Assembly: GCF_006345805.1 (NCBI RefSeq)
Contig: NC_043009.1
Location: 35,836,001-35,900,000 of the forward strand
DNA from: Octopus sinensis
Taxonomy: Eukaryota
DNA: 64,000 nt
Direction: 5' to 3'
Below the pieces are notes generated by a model. The model was not told the origin of the DNA and did not search any database. It worked only from the letters and a program-made list of their open reading frames with translations. The first letter of the stretch is position 1. Each line of letters starts with the position of its first letter. This document shows positions 1-11,233 of the stretch, one piece after another. A program made the translations under genes and the position numbers.

Positions 1-10
1 TACATATATA

Positions 11-158
11 AGACAGGCTTCTTTCAGTTTCCGTCTACCAAATCCACTCCACACTTTTGTCGGCCCGAGGCTATAGTAGAAGGTGCCACAGAGTGGGACT
101 GAACTCGGAACCATGTGGTTGTTAAGCAAGCTACTTAACACACAGCCACTCCTACGCC
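11..158 (-). mobile_element. tRNA-derived SINE head (octopus OR-like family)
   Basis: Reverse complement reads ggcgtaggagtggctgtgtgttaagtagcttgcttaacaaccacatggttccgagttcagtcccactc...ctatagcctcgggccgac...gatttggtagacggaaactgaaagaagcc. Homologous copies at 23757, 51814 and 63531. Confidence 0.8.
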
Positions 159-218
159 TATATTATTATTATTATATATATATTTGTGTGTGTGTGTGTG
201 TGTGTATACATATATACA

Positions 219-330
219 TATAGTTCAAATGTACAGAAAATAAAAGACATATAGGTATGAGAAAAACAAGCAGGTGTACTAGTTTGACGTTCGGGAAAAA
301 TGGAATACGCTTGAAAGAGATGAGAGTAAA
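219..330 (-). mobile_element. 3'-terminal fragment of PLE-associated repeat
   Basis: Reverse complement (cccgaacgtcaaactagtacacctgcttg...gtcttttattttctgtacatttgaactata) matches 18160-18240 (+) and 20585-20680 (-). Confidence 0.5.
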
Positions 331-369
331 AATATGGAGAGAAAAAACTACAGAGAAAATTTTAATGTA

Positions 370-1258
370 TCTACTACATGTGTGGTAAATTCTGTCTGTG
401 GGAATGTTTGTGGAGTTGTTAGCTAAATCTTGCTACATCGTTTTGATGAAACTTGACACGTGAGTAGAACTCATGTCTGGAAACCTCATGACATACTCAG
501 ATTGTTGAAAAAATCAATAATAGGGCTCCTTGAAGGGATCCTTATATATATCAAATATATTTCATTTTAACAGTCAAGGGAAATAACAAATTCGCCCAGA
601 TTTTAACAGCCAAGGAACATAACCCATTCAATTTTCTTAATTCATTTGGTATAAATTGAATTCAGTATGGTTATTTCTTAGAATTTGAAATGTTAAAGTG
701 ATTTTCGCAATTTATCCAGTACAAAATATCCAGCAACTAAATAGTAGTTTCCTAAACAATAGATCCATTAATTTCGGTTAGTGACGAATATACCAACACT
801 AGCACCGCTGAGAGCAATATTCTCTGGGAACGCACAAAATCCCTTTTCAGAGTTATTTACTTTGAATTGTTATTAGCTCATATCTGAGTAACCTGTTATT
901 ACGTAATATGCTTAATGATTTTCGTATACATACCTTACTAGTATTTCCTCCTAAGTTCTATATACTCTGGAAACGCATTAAAGCACTTTTCGGGGCTAAT
1001 TATTTGAATTCTTACTACCGGGTAACTAATTTCATGTTATTACATAACTGACTTCACAATTTAGCTGTTCATAACTTATTGGGAATTCCTAAAAACAAGA
1101 TCCTGTGTAAGACAGTTCGGTATTTTCTGTAAATGCACAAACAACGTTTTAAGGGCTACATACTTTGTGTTGTTGTTATTGGATTAGCGAAACAATTATG
1201 AGAACGGAACCAATGGAAAAAACCCGCTTTTCCAGGAATTACCGGCTACGTCAGCTAG
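370..1258 (+). mobile_element. Non-autonomous Helitron-like element (decayed)
   Basis: A|TC start at 370. Internal tcgttttgatgaaacttgacac resembles ttctgatgaaacttgacac in the Helitrons at 52.7 and 56.7 kb. Ends with an imperfect hairpin (ccaggaattaccgg) then CTAG|T at 1255-1259. Confidence 0.5.
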
Positions 1259-1275
1259 TATAAATATATGTGTGA

Positions 1276-1276
<1 letters not shown>

Positions 1277-1343
<67 letters not shown>

Positions 1344-1353
1344 GTGTGTGTGT
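1277..1353. repeat. (TG)n microsatellite
   Basis: Direct reading. Confidence 0.95.
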
Positions 1354-1355
1354 AT

Positions 1356-1410
1356 AGGCTGTGCTCCAGTATAGCCGTAGTCAAATGACTGAAACAAGTA
1401 TAAGAAAAAT
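1356..1410 (+). mobile_element. SINE 3' tail fragment
   Basis: gtgctccagtatagccgtagtcaaatgactgaaacaagtataagaa matches the tail at 30160-30210 and the reverse of 55780-55840. Confidence 0.7.
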
Positions 1411-1559
1411 GTATATACTTGGTTGATGCAAGAGGTTTTTCAGTTTTTCTCCCGTGATTTTTGAAAATTTGTGTCACCATGATATGCCCTTAATTTTATA
1501 TAACTTGTCCAATGGTTTACTGAATTGATTAAACTCTATTTTACAGACTTGAAAAATTA

Positions 1560-2450
1560 CAATTACAGCCATTTTACGTATCCTGTGTAAAAAGATATTC
1601 TGAGTGCAAGGCCAGCGTCAAAGGAAATTCATGAAGTGGAAGGCACAGGAACTGCCAAGAAAGGCGAGGCATATAATTGATTCACACTCTTCAAGAAAGG
1701 TCACACCAGCCTCGAAGACAAACTGTTTTGTAAGATGAGACCTTCCTTGAAAGAGTTGCACAACAGCCAATAAGAAGCACTCATGCATTATCGACAGGAC
1801 TTGGGTCTTCACAAAGCATCAGCAATCGATCTCTCCATAAGGTTGGCCTTGTGAACAGACGCTGTCGAGAAGCTTTTTATAAACTGATCATTAGCGAGGT
1901 GCAACGCGGCGTAAACATTTGCACACAACTACTGGCAAATCCGCCCGTATTTGGCGTCGAACTGTAAATGGGGATGAGAAATAGATTTATTTTCGTTAAT
2001 GCGATAAGAGAAAATCATAAGCATCATTCCGGCCTGACTTCAGAATCTTTTATCAAAAAAGGGATGTTTGAACAGAAGGCATACTGTGTCTTTAGCGGAA
2101 TTTCGAGAGACTACTGCCCTATGACTTTCTCCAACATGGTTATGCTGTGAACGTTTATACTGTGAACGCTAACCCTTATGGTTAAGAAATGCAGCACATA
2201 TGTGATGCTTTCAAAGTCTGCTATCGGGCATTGATCAATCGGAGACGCCCGTTTCAACAGCATCACAATGCCGCGATGGACACTGCAAATGTGACCAAAC
2301 TGCAAACTTGAGAAACTTGAGGTAATGAAAGGGCTGTGTCACCCTGCCTACAAGGTCTCAATTCCAGCACGGATGAAGGTTCAACAATATGGATGAGGTT
2401 GAAAACGGGTGCGGGGAGTCTTTTTCGTATGGAATTTGTTTTGAATATTA
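1560..2450 (+). pseudogene. Decayed mariner (Tc1/mariner, DD34D-type) transposase
   Basis: Frameshifted peptides: SARPASKEIHEVEGTGT; *FTLFKKGHTSLEDK (cf. WFRRFKxGDxSLED); STHALSTGLGSSQSISNRSLHKVGLVNRRCRE; MVML* (cf. KVMLCVWW); ALINRRRPFQQHHNAAMDTANVTK (cf. ALxNRKGVILHHDNARPHTA); CHPAY; FNNMDEVENGCGE. Confidence 0.8.
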
Positions 2451-3267
2451 ATTCTAAAATATAAAAAAAAAACTGGTATATCGGCTCTGAGGATCCATAA
2501 AGAACGAAGGCATATCAATGTGGAGCATACCACTAATTGGCTAAAGAGAATTAGGATTACCCAAAGTAGGCTGTGAAGTAATCCATTACCAGCACGGAAG
2601 ACATCGATGAACTTAGGAGATAGCTGTTGAGTAATCCTTAATTCCAATAGTATACAAAGTATTCAGCGATGAATAAAATATATTCTGGGTGTAAAATAAA
2701 ATAAAACAAATTAATGGATTTTCGTGTATAGCTACAAAAGTTTTGTTAGAAGTATTTATCGTGATGCAAGTATAATACAATTATTCATGTCAGCAAAGCA
2801 CTAAGCAATTCCCAACCTGATCCGCGAACATCTCAAAACAGTGATGCAACGACATGTTGAATAATCCATTGAATCACATCAAATGGAATTGCAAATGAAA
2901 ATACCGATGTCCTGAAGCTGTCATTCGAGTATAATATAAAGTAGGAGGGGTTGCAAGTATAATAACATTTACAGATAAAAAGATATAAAAGTAAAAGAAA
3001 GTCAGAAAAGATATTTGCATTCGGTAAGATATTTGGCGTCAAAAACGTATTACCTCCATTTAGACACATTTGGTGCCGTCTTTGACAATTTCGTTTTATC
3101 AAACGACAACAACAACAACAATACTAAATGTTTTTAAGTAGTACCAGACAATAGCTCTCATGGCTTCTGATCTTAACTGAAGTGTTAAACTGTACATATT
3201 TTTGTCTTGGTGTAAATGATGGGCTACAGAAAATACTATACTCTATGTGTGTATATATGTATGTATG

Positions 3268-3337
<70 letters not shown>

Positions 3338-3395
3338 GCATATATATATATACATATGCATATATAAATACATAAATATATATATATGTATATAT

Positions 3396-5340
3396 CAAAA
3401 TAAGCAACAAGGATATCCAGAGGTAATGCAGGATGATCGTTTCATGCAACTCCATGTAATTGAACAATTCAATCATTACATCAATTTAAAATGCTGACCA
3501 ATCCTCAGCTGCACAAATACATAGAATGTAATTAAATCAGAACAGATGGACACATTAGTGTAATTATACCTAAAATCTCCAAGAAGTTAAGGAGATAGAC
3601 AAAGAACATCTTGTCTCCACTTCAGCATAGAAGTTACTAAATTAACAAGACGACTGTGCATGTCACTGATTTTATTTGATTTTTATGGGGTCAGTTTTAA
3701 TTTATAGACGAGTATATCAAATCCATTGTATATCTAAGGCTGAGACAATAAAGGGCAGTATTTGTTAGGGGTAGAGCTGAGGGAGCAGACAGAAATCATA
3801 GTTGGTATAGTCATAAAGATCAAGATTTATTAGAAGCAATATCATGAGGTTTGGTAAAGGAAAACTTAAAACAAGATGTTAGCTGACAACTTAGGTGGGG
3901 GTCGCCCACTAGCAGACCATTGATAATGAAAAAGGGGAAGTCTTATCATGTAGTACTATAGTTAAATGTTTTAAACAATATTGCTATATTGCATTCAGTT
4001 AAATTTTAGGGCTATTCAGAAGTTTAATAAGAAGAATACTTTAACAAAAGGATAGAAATTTATGAATACTTTTGAGTATATACCAAACTTTTACTACAAT
4101 AGAGGAAGGAAAAGAAATTATCCAGAAATAGTTTAATATTTATATATAGTGTACACTTAAATTAGATGGTATCTGTGATTATTGATTAATTGGTATATAC
4201 TAGTATTAAAAAGGAGTATTGAGGTAAAAGAACATTCTAATTATATATTAATAAAAATTATAATCTAAGCAGTTTTTTTATAAGTAGTCAATAAATCAGT
4301 ATAGTTTTATATAATCTAAGTATGAATTTATAGAGATACAAAGATTAGCTTAATTTTATGAATAAATAAAGGTGAATTATAAAATAATAAAGAAATGAAA
4401 TAAAATAATCAAGTAGGGCGGAACACCATAGAAAAGGAATAAAATAGCTTAATTACTAATACTACGGAAAGTATATGTAGCTTATTAGCACCAATAGAGA
4501 AAATTTATAGAAAAAGTATAATAATTCAAAATATATTAGACTAAACATTATATATTTACTTAATTAGCTAATATCAATAAAAGACTGATGTCTGGTATCA
4601 GCTAATGGAATATTTAAGTTATGGAACATTTATATTTTACTCTAATTTTTCTTTATATAAACAAAGGGTTATATTATAGGTTTAAGAAGTTATTATTTTT
4701 ACTCCCTACATGATATTTATAGTTCCTTAGTGGTACTTGTTTAGAAGGGTTAATTATATAAAGACCTTTATAAAATACTAAGACCAGGAGGGTAAAGTCA
4801 TTTAAGAAAGAGATAAATCAAGTAATTTCTAAAGATCATTTCAAATATTGTCTTATTGTATAAAGTTAAAATCCAGGGTACTCAAGAAGATTATTAAAAA
4901 TGAAATTTTAACAACAGGATAAAACTTCTATGAATATTTTGAGTATATACCAAATTTTTACCACAATAGAGGGAGGAAAAGAAAATTGCAAAGAAAATAT
5001 TTTAATATTTATTTACTTATTATGTATCTAAATATTAACTTAGAGATTGATCAATTGGATTTACTTGGTATCTAATAATGGACCAACTGAGGTTACAGAA
5101 CATGTTAATTACAGACGGATTTAATAAAATTGAACTATTTTAAGTTGTCGAGATACCGGTATTACCTTATATAAGCTGAGTATGAAATAATAGGGGTACA
5201 AGAATTAGATATATTGAAGGCTACTATAAAATAATAATAATAAGCATCAAAGAAAATGAATGAAGACAGTCTAATCACTAAAATATCCATACCTTAATAG
5301 CAAATATTAATAACAAATGTATAATAATTTAAAACAATGT
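3396..5340 (-). mobile_element. Highly decayed, strand-asymmetric repeat, probably PLE-derived, with hammerhead-bearing 3' terminus
   Basis: 3396-3860 aligns with 54617-55050. The minus strand has weak PLE-like peptides (KFSF/LPNL/IASNK, cf. KVSYSCxPNxxxIISSHN). Internal diverged direct repeat about 3990-4400 vs 4840-5270. Confidence 0.45.
3427..3513 (-). ncRNA. Type I hammerhead-like motif (intact 5' core, damaged stem III)
   Basis: UGCAG-CUGAGGA-(long stem II region)-GAAAC-GAUC-AU-C-CUGCA. Stem I is 5 bp perfect. Confidence 0.55.
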
Positions 5341-5369
5341 CATTATTGTATGAAGTTAAAATTTAGGGA

Positions 5370-6080
5370 AAAGGCGAGTACCTGGCGCCTCCAGTACTCC
5401 GAATAGGCTGTACTGGTTAGCCTTGGATGGCAGGCAGCCTAGAAGGAACACTCCAAGCCCAAAACTAGTGGAGCAAGGACCCTGCCGCGTTAGCGGATTG
5501 CTTTCATGGAGATGATATCTCAATAAAAATGCCGGTTGGTAGTAGCCTAAAAACACACCTCATTTGTGAGTAAAAATGCCAAGCAAAATAAATGACGATA
5601 ACGGTGTGAACGGAGCAAGAACCAATGGTGAAGGTGCCGCACCCGGCAGGTGCCCCACTGTGCAGCAAGATGGGCCCGGTCGTAATCCAACAAATGGTAG
5701 CCATACTACAAGACACAGTCCTTGTACTGGTCAAATTATGCAACTTGCTCGAAAATGCAAGTGGTCTATTGATATGAACCAAAAGGCCATCCAGTGCCAT
5801 GAACAAGCCTTGGTAGACAAGAACAATGGCGAGTGCAACGCTGTCGGAAAAAGATCATTAAAACTTTGGAACCGGCTGGGTATATTTCAGATTACTGAAA
5901 ATGGGCTCAAGAATCAGATAAGAATAATTTGGAATAGAGGCTTTCTTAATGAGGTCCAAAATCAGACAATCAGGAGAAGCCGCTGTAGTGTTGAGAATCC
6001 CGAGTAAAAAATACGTAGGCAAGATGAAGTTGTAGTGGAGGAGAGGCAGGCCAATCAATATAATGTAGAAAACCCCGAAA
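5370..6080 (+). mobile_element. 5' region and N-terminal domain of an R4/Dong-type RLE non-LTR retrotransposon
   Basis: ORF 5576-6007 has RKCKWSIDMNQKAIQCHEQA...KLWNRLGIFQITENGLKNQIRIIWNRGFLNEVQ, matching the R4-clade N-terminal KW..EN...CY / IW...F...EQRL.DQ.R.I..NGWL motif as I recall it. Confidence 0.7.
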
Positions 6081-6097
6081 TAAGAGGTGTGGGATAT

Positions 6098-6174
6098 TAC
6101 TACAACAACTACTACTACTACTACAACTACTACTACTACTGCTGCTGCTGCTGCTACTACTACTACTACTACTA

Positions 6175-6212
<38 letters not shown>

Positions 6213-6240
6213 GTAGTAGTAGTAGTAGTAGTAGTAGTAA
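6098..6240. repeat. Compound (TAC)n/(TGC)n/(TAG)n microsatellite
   Basis: Direct reading. Confidence 0.95.
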
Positions 6241-6244
6241 AAGT

Positions 6245-6560
6245 TAGTCACCATGACACAATAATCATGGATTCGGAAGAAAACACCTGCTTACTGATAG
6301 ACATTGCAGTCCCTTCTAAACAAAATATTGTCAAAACAGATGTGGAGAAATTGCCAAAGTATAAATACCTCGGAATTGAAGTATTCAAGATGCGGGGCAT
6401 GATAAAGAAACATACAAAGTAACTGTACTTAGATCCTCAGCACTACACACTATCTAGCCTTGCTAGAAACAGCCTACATCCTACGCAAGGCATTATCAAT
6501 CCAATAATACAACCTACACAAAACAACCCGCAACACAAGACACACTCTATACAGCAATTA
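6245..6560 (+). mobile_element. R4/Dong-type restriction-like endonuclease (RLE) C-terminal fragment and 3' UTR
   Basis: DTIIMDSEENTCLLIDIAVPSKQNIVKTDVEKLPKYKYLGIEVFKM (PD..D-ExK-type RLE), then LETAYILRKALSIQ*, paralleling LLGTAHILRRTLSIQ* at about 48.7 kb. Confidence 0.8.
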
Positions 6561-7094
6561 CCCAATGAAATAAAGTTTCACCAGCAAGCTATTTAAACCA
6601 CTATTTAAACCACTCAACACATAATAAAAGAAATAATACAACAAAAGACTGCACAACACCCCAAGAGAAAAAATACTAGCACAATACAATACCAGGAAGA
6701 GTTTGCGAGCCCCCAACAACAGAAAAGAACACACAATGCTACACATACCCCGGCAATATGGAGGTGTAGTAGGTAATGCAGCAGAAATTTGCTTTAAACT
6801 ACCAAATGTTGAACAATTATATAATAACTAGCGGTACTCGGTAATATTTCACAGAATTAATGGTAAACCTATTGGGTTATTTCTGAAAGTTTTATCCAAA
6901 AAAACTGAAAGTGTAGCCACTGTTGTGCCTGTATGGAAAGTTAGTCTCTCATCTGCTACTCATTGAAAAGTGAAACAAATTGCAATACGATGGTTACTTA
7001 ATGCACTTTACAAATACAGTTTATATACTTTATGCACAATTTTATAGACTGAATACACAGTACTCCCATAAACAAAAAAAAATAGTCATGAGAA

Positions 7095-7158
7095 TAACAA
7101 TAACACTCATAATAGCAATATTGATAATAATGGTGATAATGATAAGAATGATGGGGAC

Positions 7159-7228
<70 letters not shown>

Positions 7229-7366
7229 TAATAATAATAATAGTAATAATAATAATAATAATAATGATGATGATGATGATGAATGATGATGATGATGATA
7301 AGAATAATGATAATAATAATAATATAATATAATAATAATAATAATAATATAATAATAATAATAATG

Positions 7367-7428
<62 letters not shown>

Positions 7429-7545
7429 TAATAATAATAAGAAGAAGAAGAAGAAGAAGAAGAGAAGAAGAAGAAGAAGAGAAGAAGAAGAAGAAGAAAG
7501 AAGAAGAAGAAGAAGAAGAAGAAGAAGAAGAAGAAGAAGAAGAAT
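7095..7545. repeat. Compound (AAT)n/(GAT)n/(AAG)n microsatellite
   Basis: Direct reading. Confidence 0.95.
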
Positions 7546-8919
7546 ACATGTTATAGTAGTAATTCTTACAACAGTGATAGTAGTGGCTGTCGAACTAATT
7601 ATAACGATAACAGTAATAGTAGTAGGAATAGTCGTAGTCATGAAAACGGCAGCACTGCTAATAGTGATGTTGTGAGTAATACGTTTGATAATAACCCCCA
7701 CAATAACCAGAGTAACTAATGTTTTTGTAATGGTACTGTTGATAACATTAATAGCAACGCTAACAGCACTGGATCCACATGTGATAATCTGAATAATTGC
7801 AGTAATAATTGTTACTACAGGTATGATATTTATTCTTTTAATAATAGCGATAATGTATATAATAATCTGAGAGGGCATAACGTGTCCTAAAAATGGCGAT
7901 AATGACTGTGATAGAAACTAAGGTAATATTAGGTGTTTGGTGTATTCGACACTAATATAATCCGATGGCTATGTAGAACTTAATGGTACTCATCATGCAT
8001 ACCGTACTAACTCTGTCACTACATCCTCTGAGCTATGCACTTTTAGAAATAAGCTTCTGTGTCTTCTGAGTTATAGATGCTTGACTAAAACGATTGTGTA
8101 CTGGAATATGTTTAGGTATATAGGATCAACTTCTTCCTTCAAATTTAGATTACATAATCTTGTTTCACGCCTTTGAAAGGGACGATAAGCCTAAAACCAA
8201 ATTACTTGTTACAAAAGTCTGTAAATTAAAATCATGTGTGTTGTAAAAGACGCTAGGCTATTCGGTAGCTACAGATATAGTTGTAAACTGTGTTGTATAG
8301 AATTATTAGAAATTCCAAGATGTACAGGTGAGGTTATAAAGAGATCAGATAAACTTAAGATTCAATGCCCGCAGTCTATACGACGAACTTTTTTCTTCTA
8401 AACCTGTACTTTAGATCCCTTCTGATAACTTTGACATTTTTCTATAACATAAAGCTTCTTGACGGATCTTTATCTCCCTTGTGCGATCCAATATTACTGT
8501 TGTCGTAATAGAGAGAAATGAAATGACTTTCACCCACCATAACTTTTATATGATAACGTAAACTATAGTTTATTTTTAGTCTTAATTTTTGATTTGGGGG
8601 TTAACTTCCCAATAACTGCACTATCCCTATTTGATCACATACTCTAGTTTCATTGTAATAGATACTTCTATATTACTCATTCGTCTTTGGATATTAGATA
8701 TAAAAAAATAAGAATATCACTATTTAAGGTAATTACCTCTTGTTTCCCTATTTATGTTTCACTTTCTAATTATTTATTTATTCATTAGCTTCACTCATTT
8801 TGTCTTTATACGGACCGAGGCACATTTTCTCTATGTTGTTCTGTCTATCTATTCATCTCTAATTATTCTTTCTCTAGGTTTACTTCTCAACTCACCTTCT
8901 CTACCTCTACATCTTTCTA

Positions 8920-9449
8920 TCGTATCATATGTTATCGGCTTCAGTTTAACGAAATATTAGGAACACATTTTCAATGATAAATGCTGCTAAGTAGAATGCT
9001 GTAGGTATCCATGAATCAGGAACCTTTATAAATCTTCACAATCACAACCTATCCTTATCTGATCTTCTCAATTTCTCTCGGTTTATCCACTTCACATTAA
9101 TAGCCTCAACAATCTATGTTTCAAGATTATTGAAAAATAAACTTAATTACTAATGCTCGTTTTCACCTCGTTGATGGCAGTGAAAAGTCAATAATTTGAT
9201 AGCTTCTTCTCACACACGTGACACTAGTGTCCTAACTCATGTGATTAATCACGTGTAAACTAATGAATTACAGAATTACACAATATGAAACAAAATGTTA
9301 TCTTCAGTTGTTATCTTTCATCAACTAATTGACATTCAGCCTCGAAAGCGATTTTCAATCAAACACTCAACCAACTGTTCGAGTGTGATGTATTATATCA
9401 AAGTGTAATGATGTTTCCGCTGATAGGAGGAGATGAGAGAATGAAGGAG
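8920..9449. repeat. Complex non-coding segment duplicated at 19673-20156 (copy 1)
   Basis: Collinear alignment with 19673-20156, e.g. ttctctcggtttatccacttcacattaat, gttgatggcagtgaaaagt, gcgattttcaatcaaacactc, gtgtaatgatgtttccgctga. Confidence 0.9.
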
Positions 9450-9827
9450 AGATAAAAGTGTGCTGCTGTGTGCTACAAACAACAATTATGAACTTCCATG
9501 TTCGTGAACGAGACCTAAAACGTTGTTAAGAGGTTTCAATTGAAACGTTAAGAACACAAATAGAACTTAGACAAGACATTAAGTTAGCTTGAGTAGATAC
9601 GACAAAATGGTAAATCTTGTCAATGAAGCATAAATAATGAGAATCCTGGTAGAAAATACAATTGGGTGGTATGTCTGTTTATGTGTATATATGTGTATGT
9701 GAGTGTAGTGTATGAATGTACAGTTACAGATATATTATATACATACATATGTATATACACATGTACATACATGTATACATACATTCATATATACATATAG
9801 ACAAAATTTGTTTCTGTTGTATATATA

Positions 9828-9882
<55 letters not shown>

Positions 9883-10089
9883 AGAGAGATAATGGTGTCA
9901 TTGAGACCCAAAGGTGTCAGGTAATGCTGAATAAGTACTATAGACAGACCATAGTTAAATTCCAGATTCGGTAATATTGCGAATAAAGGGTTCAACGTTG
10001 GTTCTATGTCAGCGTGTGTATATATGAATTTTTTGCGTAATGAGATAAAAAAAATACCAGGGCTGTATAGATATTTGAGCATTTATAGA

Positions 10090-10500
10090 TAGGTCTTACG
10101 GCTGTTTCTAGAATATTAATTAATAATAATATCCCTTCATCGGAGACGTTGTGAAAGGAAAATTAAGTCATAGTTAGTTTCGATGTGATACAAATAGAGA
10201 TTGAGGTGGAGGAAAGAAAACAGATGTAAGATATGTATGGTTATTGAGTTAATAAATCAAGTTTTATAGGCATAATTGTATATATGTGTGATATTCTAAT
10301 ATCCTTTGAGTAAAATCCAAAAGTCCAACAGAGTTTAATATGAGTCCATCCAGATATAAAGTTTATAAGCAATGTAAGATTCTCTTAAAGTTGATCATTC
10401 TCAGTAGGGAATTTATATAGAGTGTAGCAGATTCAAGATTTGTGTTTAAACTGACCTAGAAGTAGGGAGTGTATTAGTTTGATCAAATTGAAAACAGGAA
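10090..10500 (-). mobile_element. Decayed PLE-like 3' end carrying a hammerhead
   Basis: Strand-asymmetric composition like 3.4-5.3 kb, ending in the hammerhead at 10093-10147. Confidence 0.45.
10093..10147 (-). ncRNA. Minimal type I hammerhead ribozyme variant
   Basis: GUCU-CCGAUGA-AGGGAUAUUA/UAAUAUUCUA-GAAAC-AGCC-GU-A-AGAC. Stem I is 4 bp, stem II is long, core has U4C and an A.A at 10.1-11.1. Confidence 0.65.
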
Positions 10501-10651
10501 GAGAGGAATGACAAAGAAAAAAAAAAGAGAGAGAAAGAAAGAATTAAAGAGAAACAAGAAAGAAGATCAATAAAAACAAAAATAAAGAATAAAACCCCTG
10601 AAGTTATGAATAAAGAGAATAAACAAAAAAAAAGCGAAAAATTAAGATATA

Positions 10652-10882
10652 TATTTCTTTACTACCCACAAGGGGCTAAACACAGAGGGGACAAACAAGG
10701 ACAGACAAAGGGATTAAGTCGATTACATCGACCCCAGTGCGTAACTGGTACTTAATTTATCGACCCCGAAAGGATGAAAGGCAAAGTGGACCTCGGCGGA
10801 ATTTGAACTCAGAACGTAACGGCAGACGAAATACCGCTAAGCATTTCGCCCGGCATGCAAACGTTTCTGCCAGCTCGCCGCT
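10652..10882 (-). mobile_element. tRNA-derived SINE (octopus OK-like) with 13-bp TSD
   Basis: Head gcggcgagctggcagaaacg..., B-box gttcaaattcc. aaattaagatata is present at 10639-10651 and 10883-10895. Confidence 0.9.
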
Positions 10883-10952
10883 AAATTAAGATATAGGTTG
10901 GTCAGTGGTCAGTGGAGGTAGTTTGACTACTGACCAACCTATATCTTAATTT
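10883..10952. other. 70-nt hairpin with perfect 24-bp stem
   Basis: aaattaagatataggttggtcagt (10883-10906) is the exact reverse complement of 10929-10952. Confidence 0.9.
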
Positions 10953-11183
10953 TGGATTTTCTCTCCCTTTCTGAAATGGAGACTTAATTGTTATTTGATA
11001 ATTCTGACACATCAAGATGCAACGACAATTTTGATAAATTGAGAATTTATTTTGTATCGTATTTGATGATATAACTATGCTTGTCTACATATGCACCTCA
11101 TAGTTAAGGCACACTTTCGCTAAACACAGAGGCACAGAGGCACAGACACTGTCTACCACTCTCGCTCTTCCATATTCTCCTTC

Positions 11184-11233
<50 letters not shown>

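Noticed and set aside
3860-5340. Possible NUMT (AT-rich, strand-skewed, mitochondrial-looking)
   Set aside because: I recognised no mitochondrial protein or rRNA motif. The block is contiguous with a hammerhead-bearing repeat duplicated at 54.6 kb and has an internal repeat. A BLASTN against octopus mtDNA would settle it.
5370-5460. HDV-like ribozyme in the R4 5' UTR
   Set aside because: Local stems exist (GAGUA/UACUC, CCAGUAC/GUACUGG, CCUG/CAGG), but I could not assemble a consistent nested double pseudoknot.
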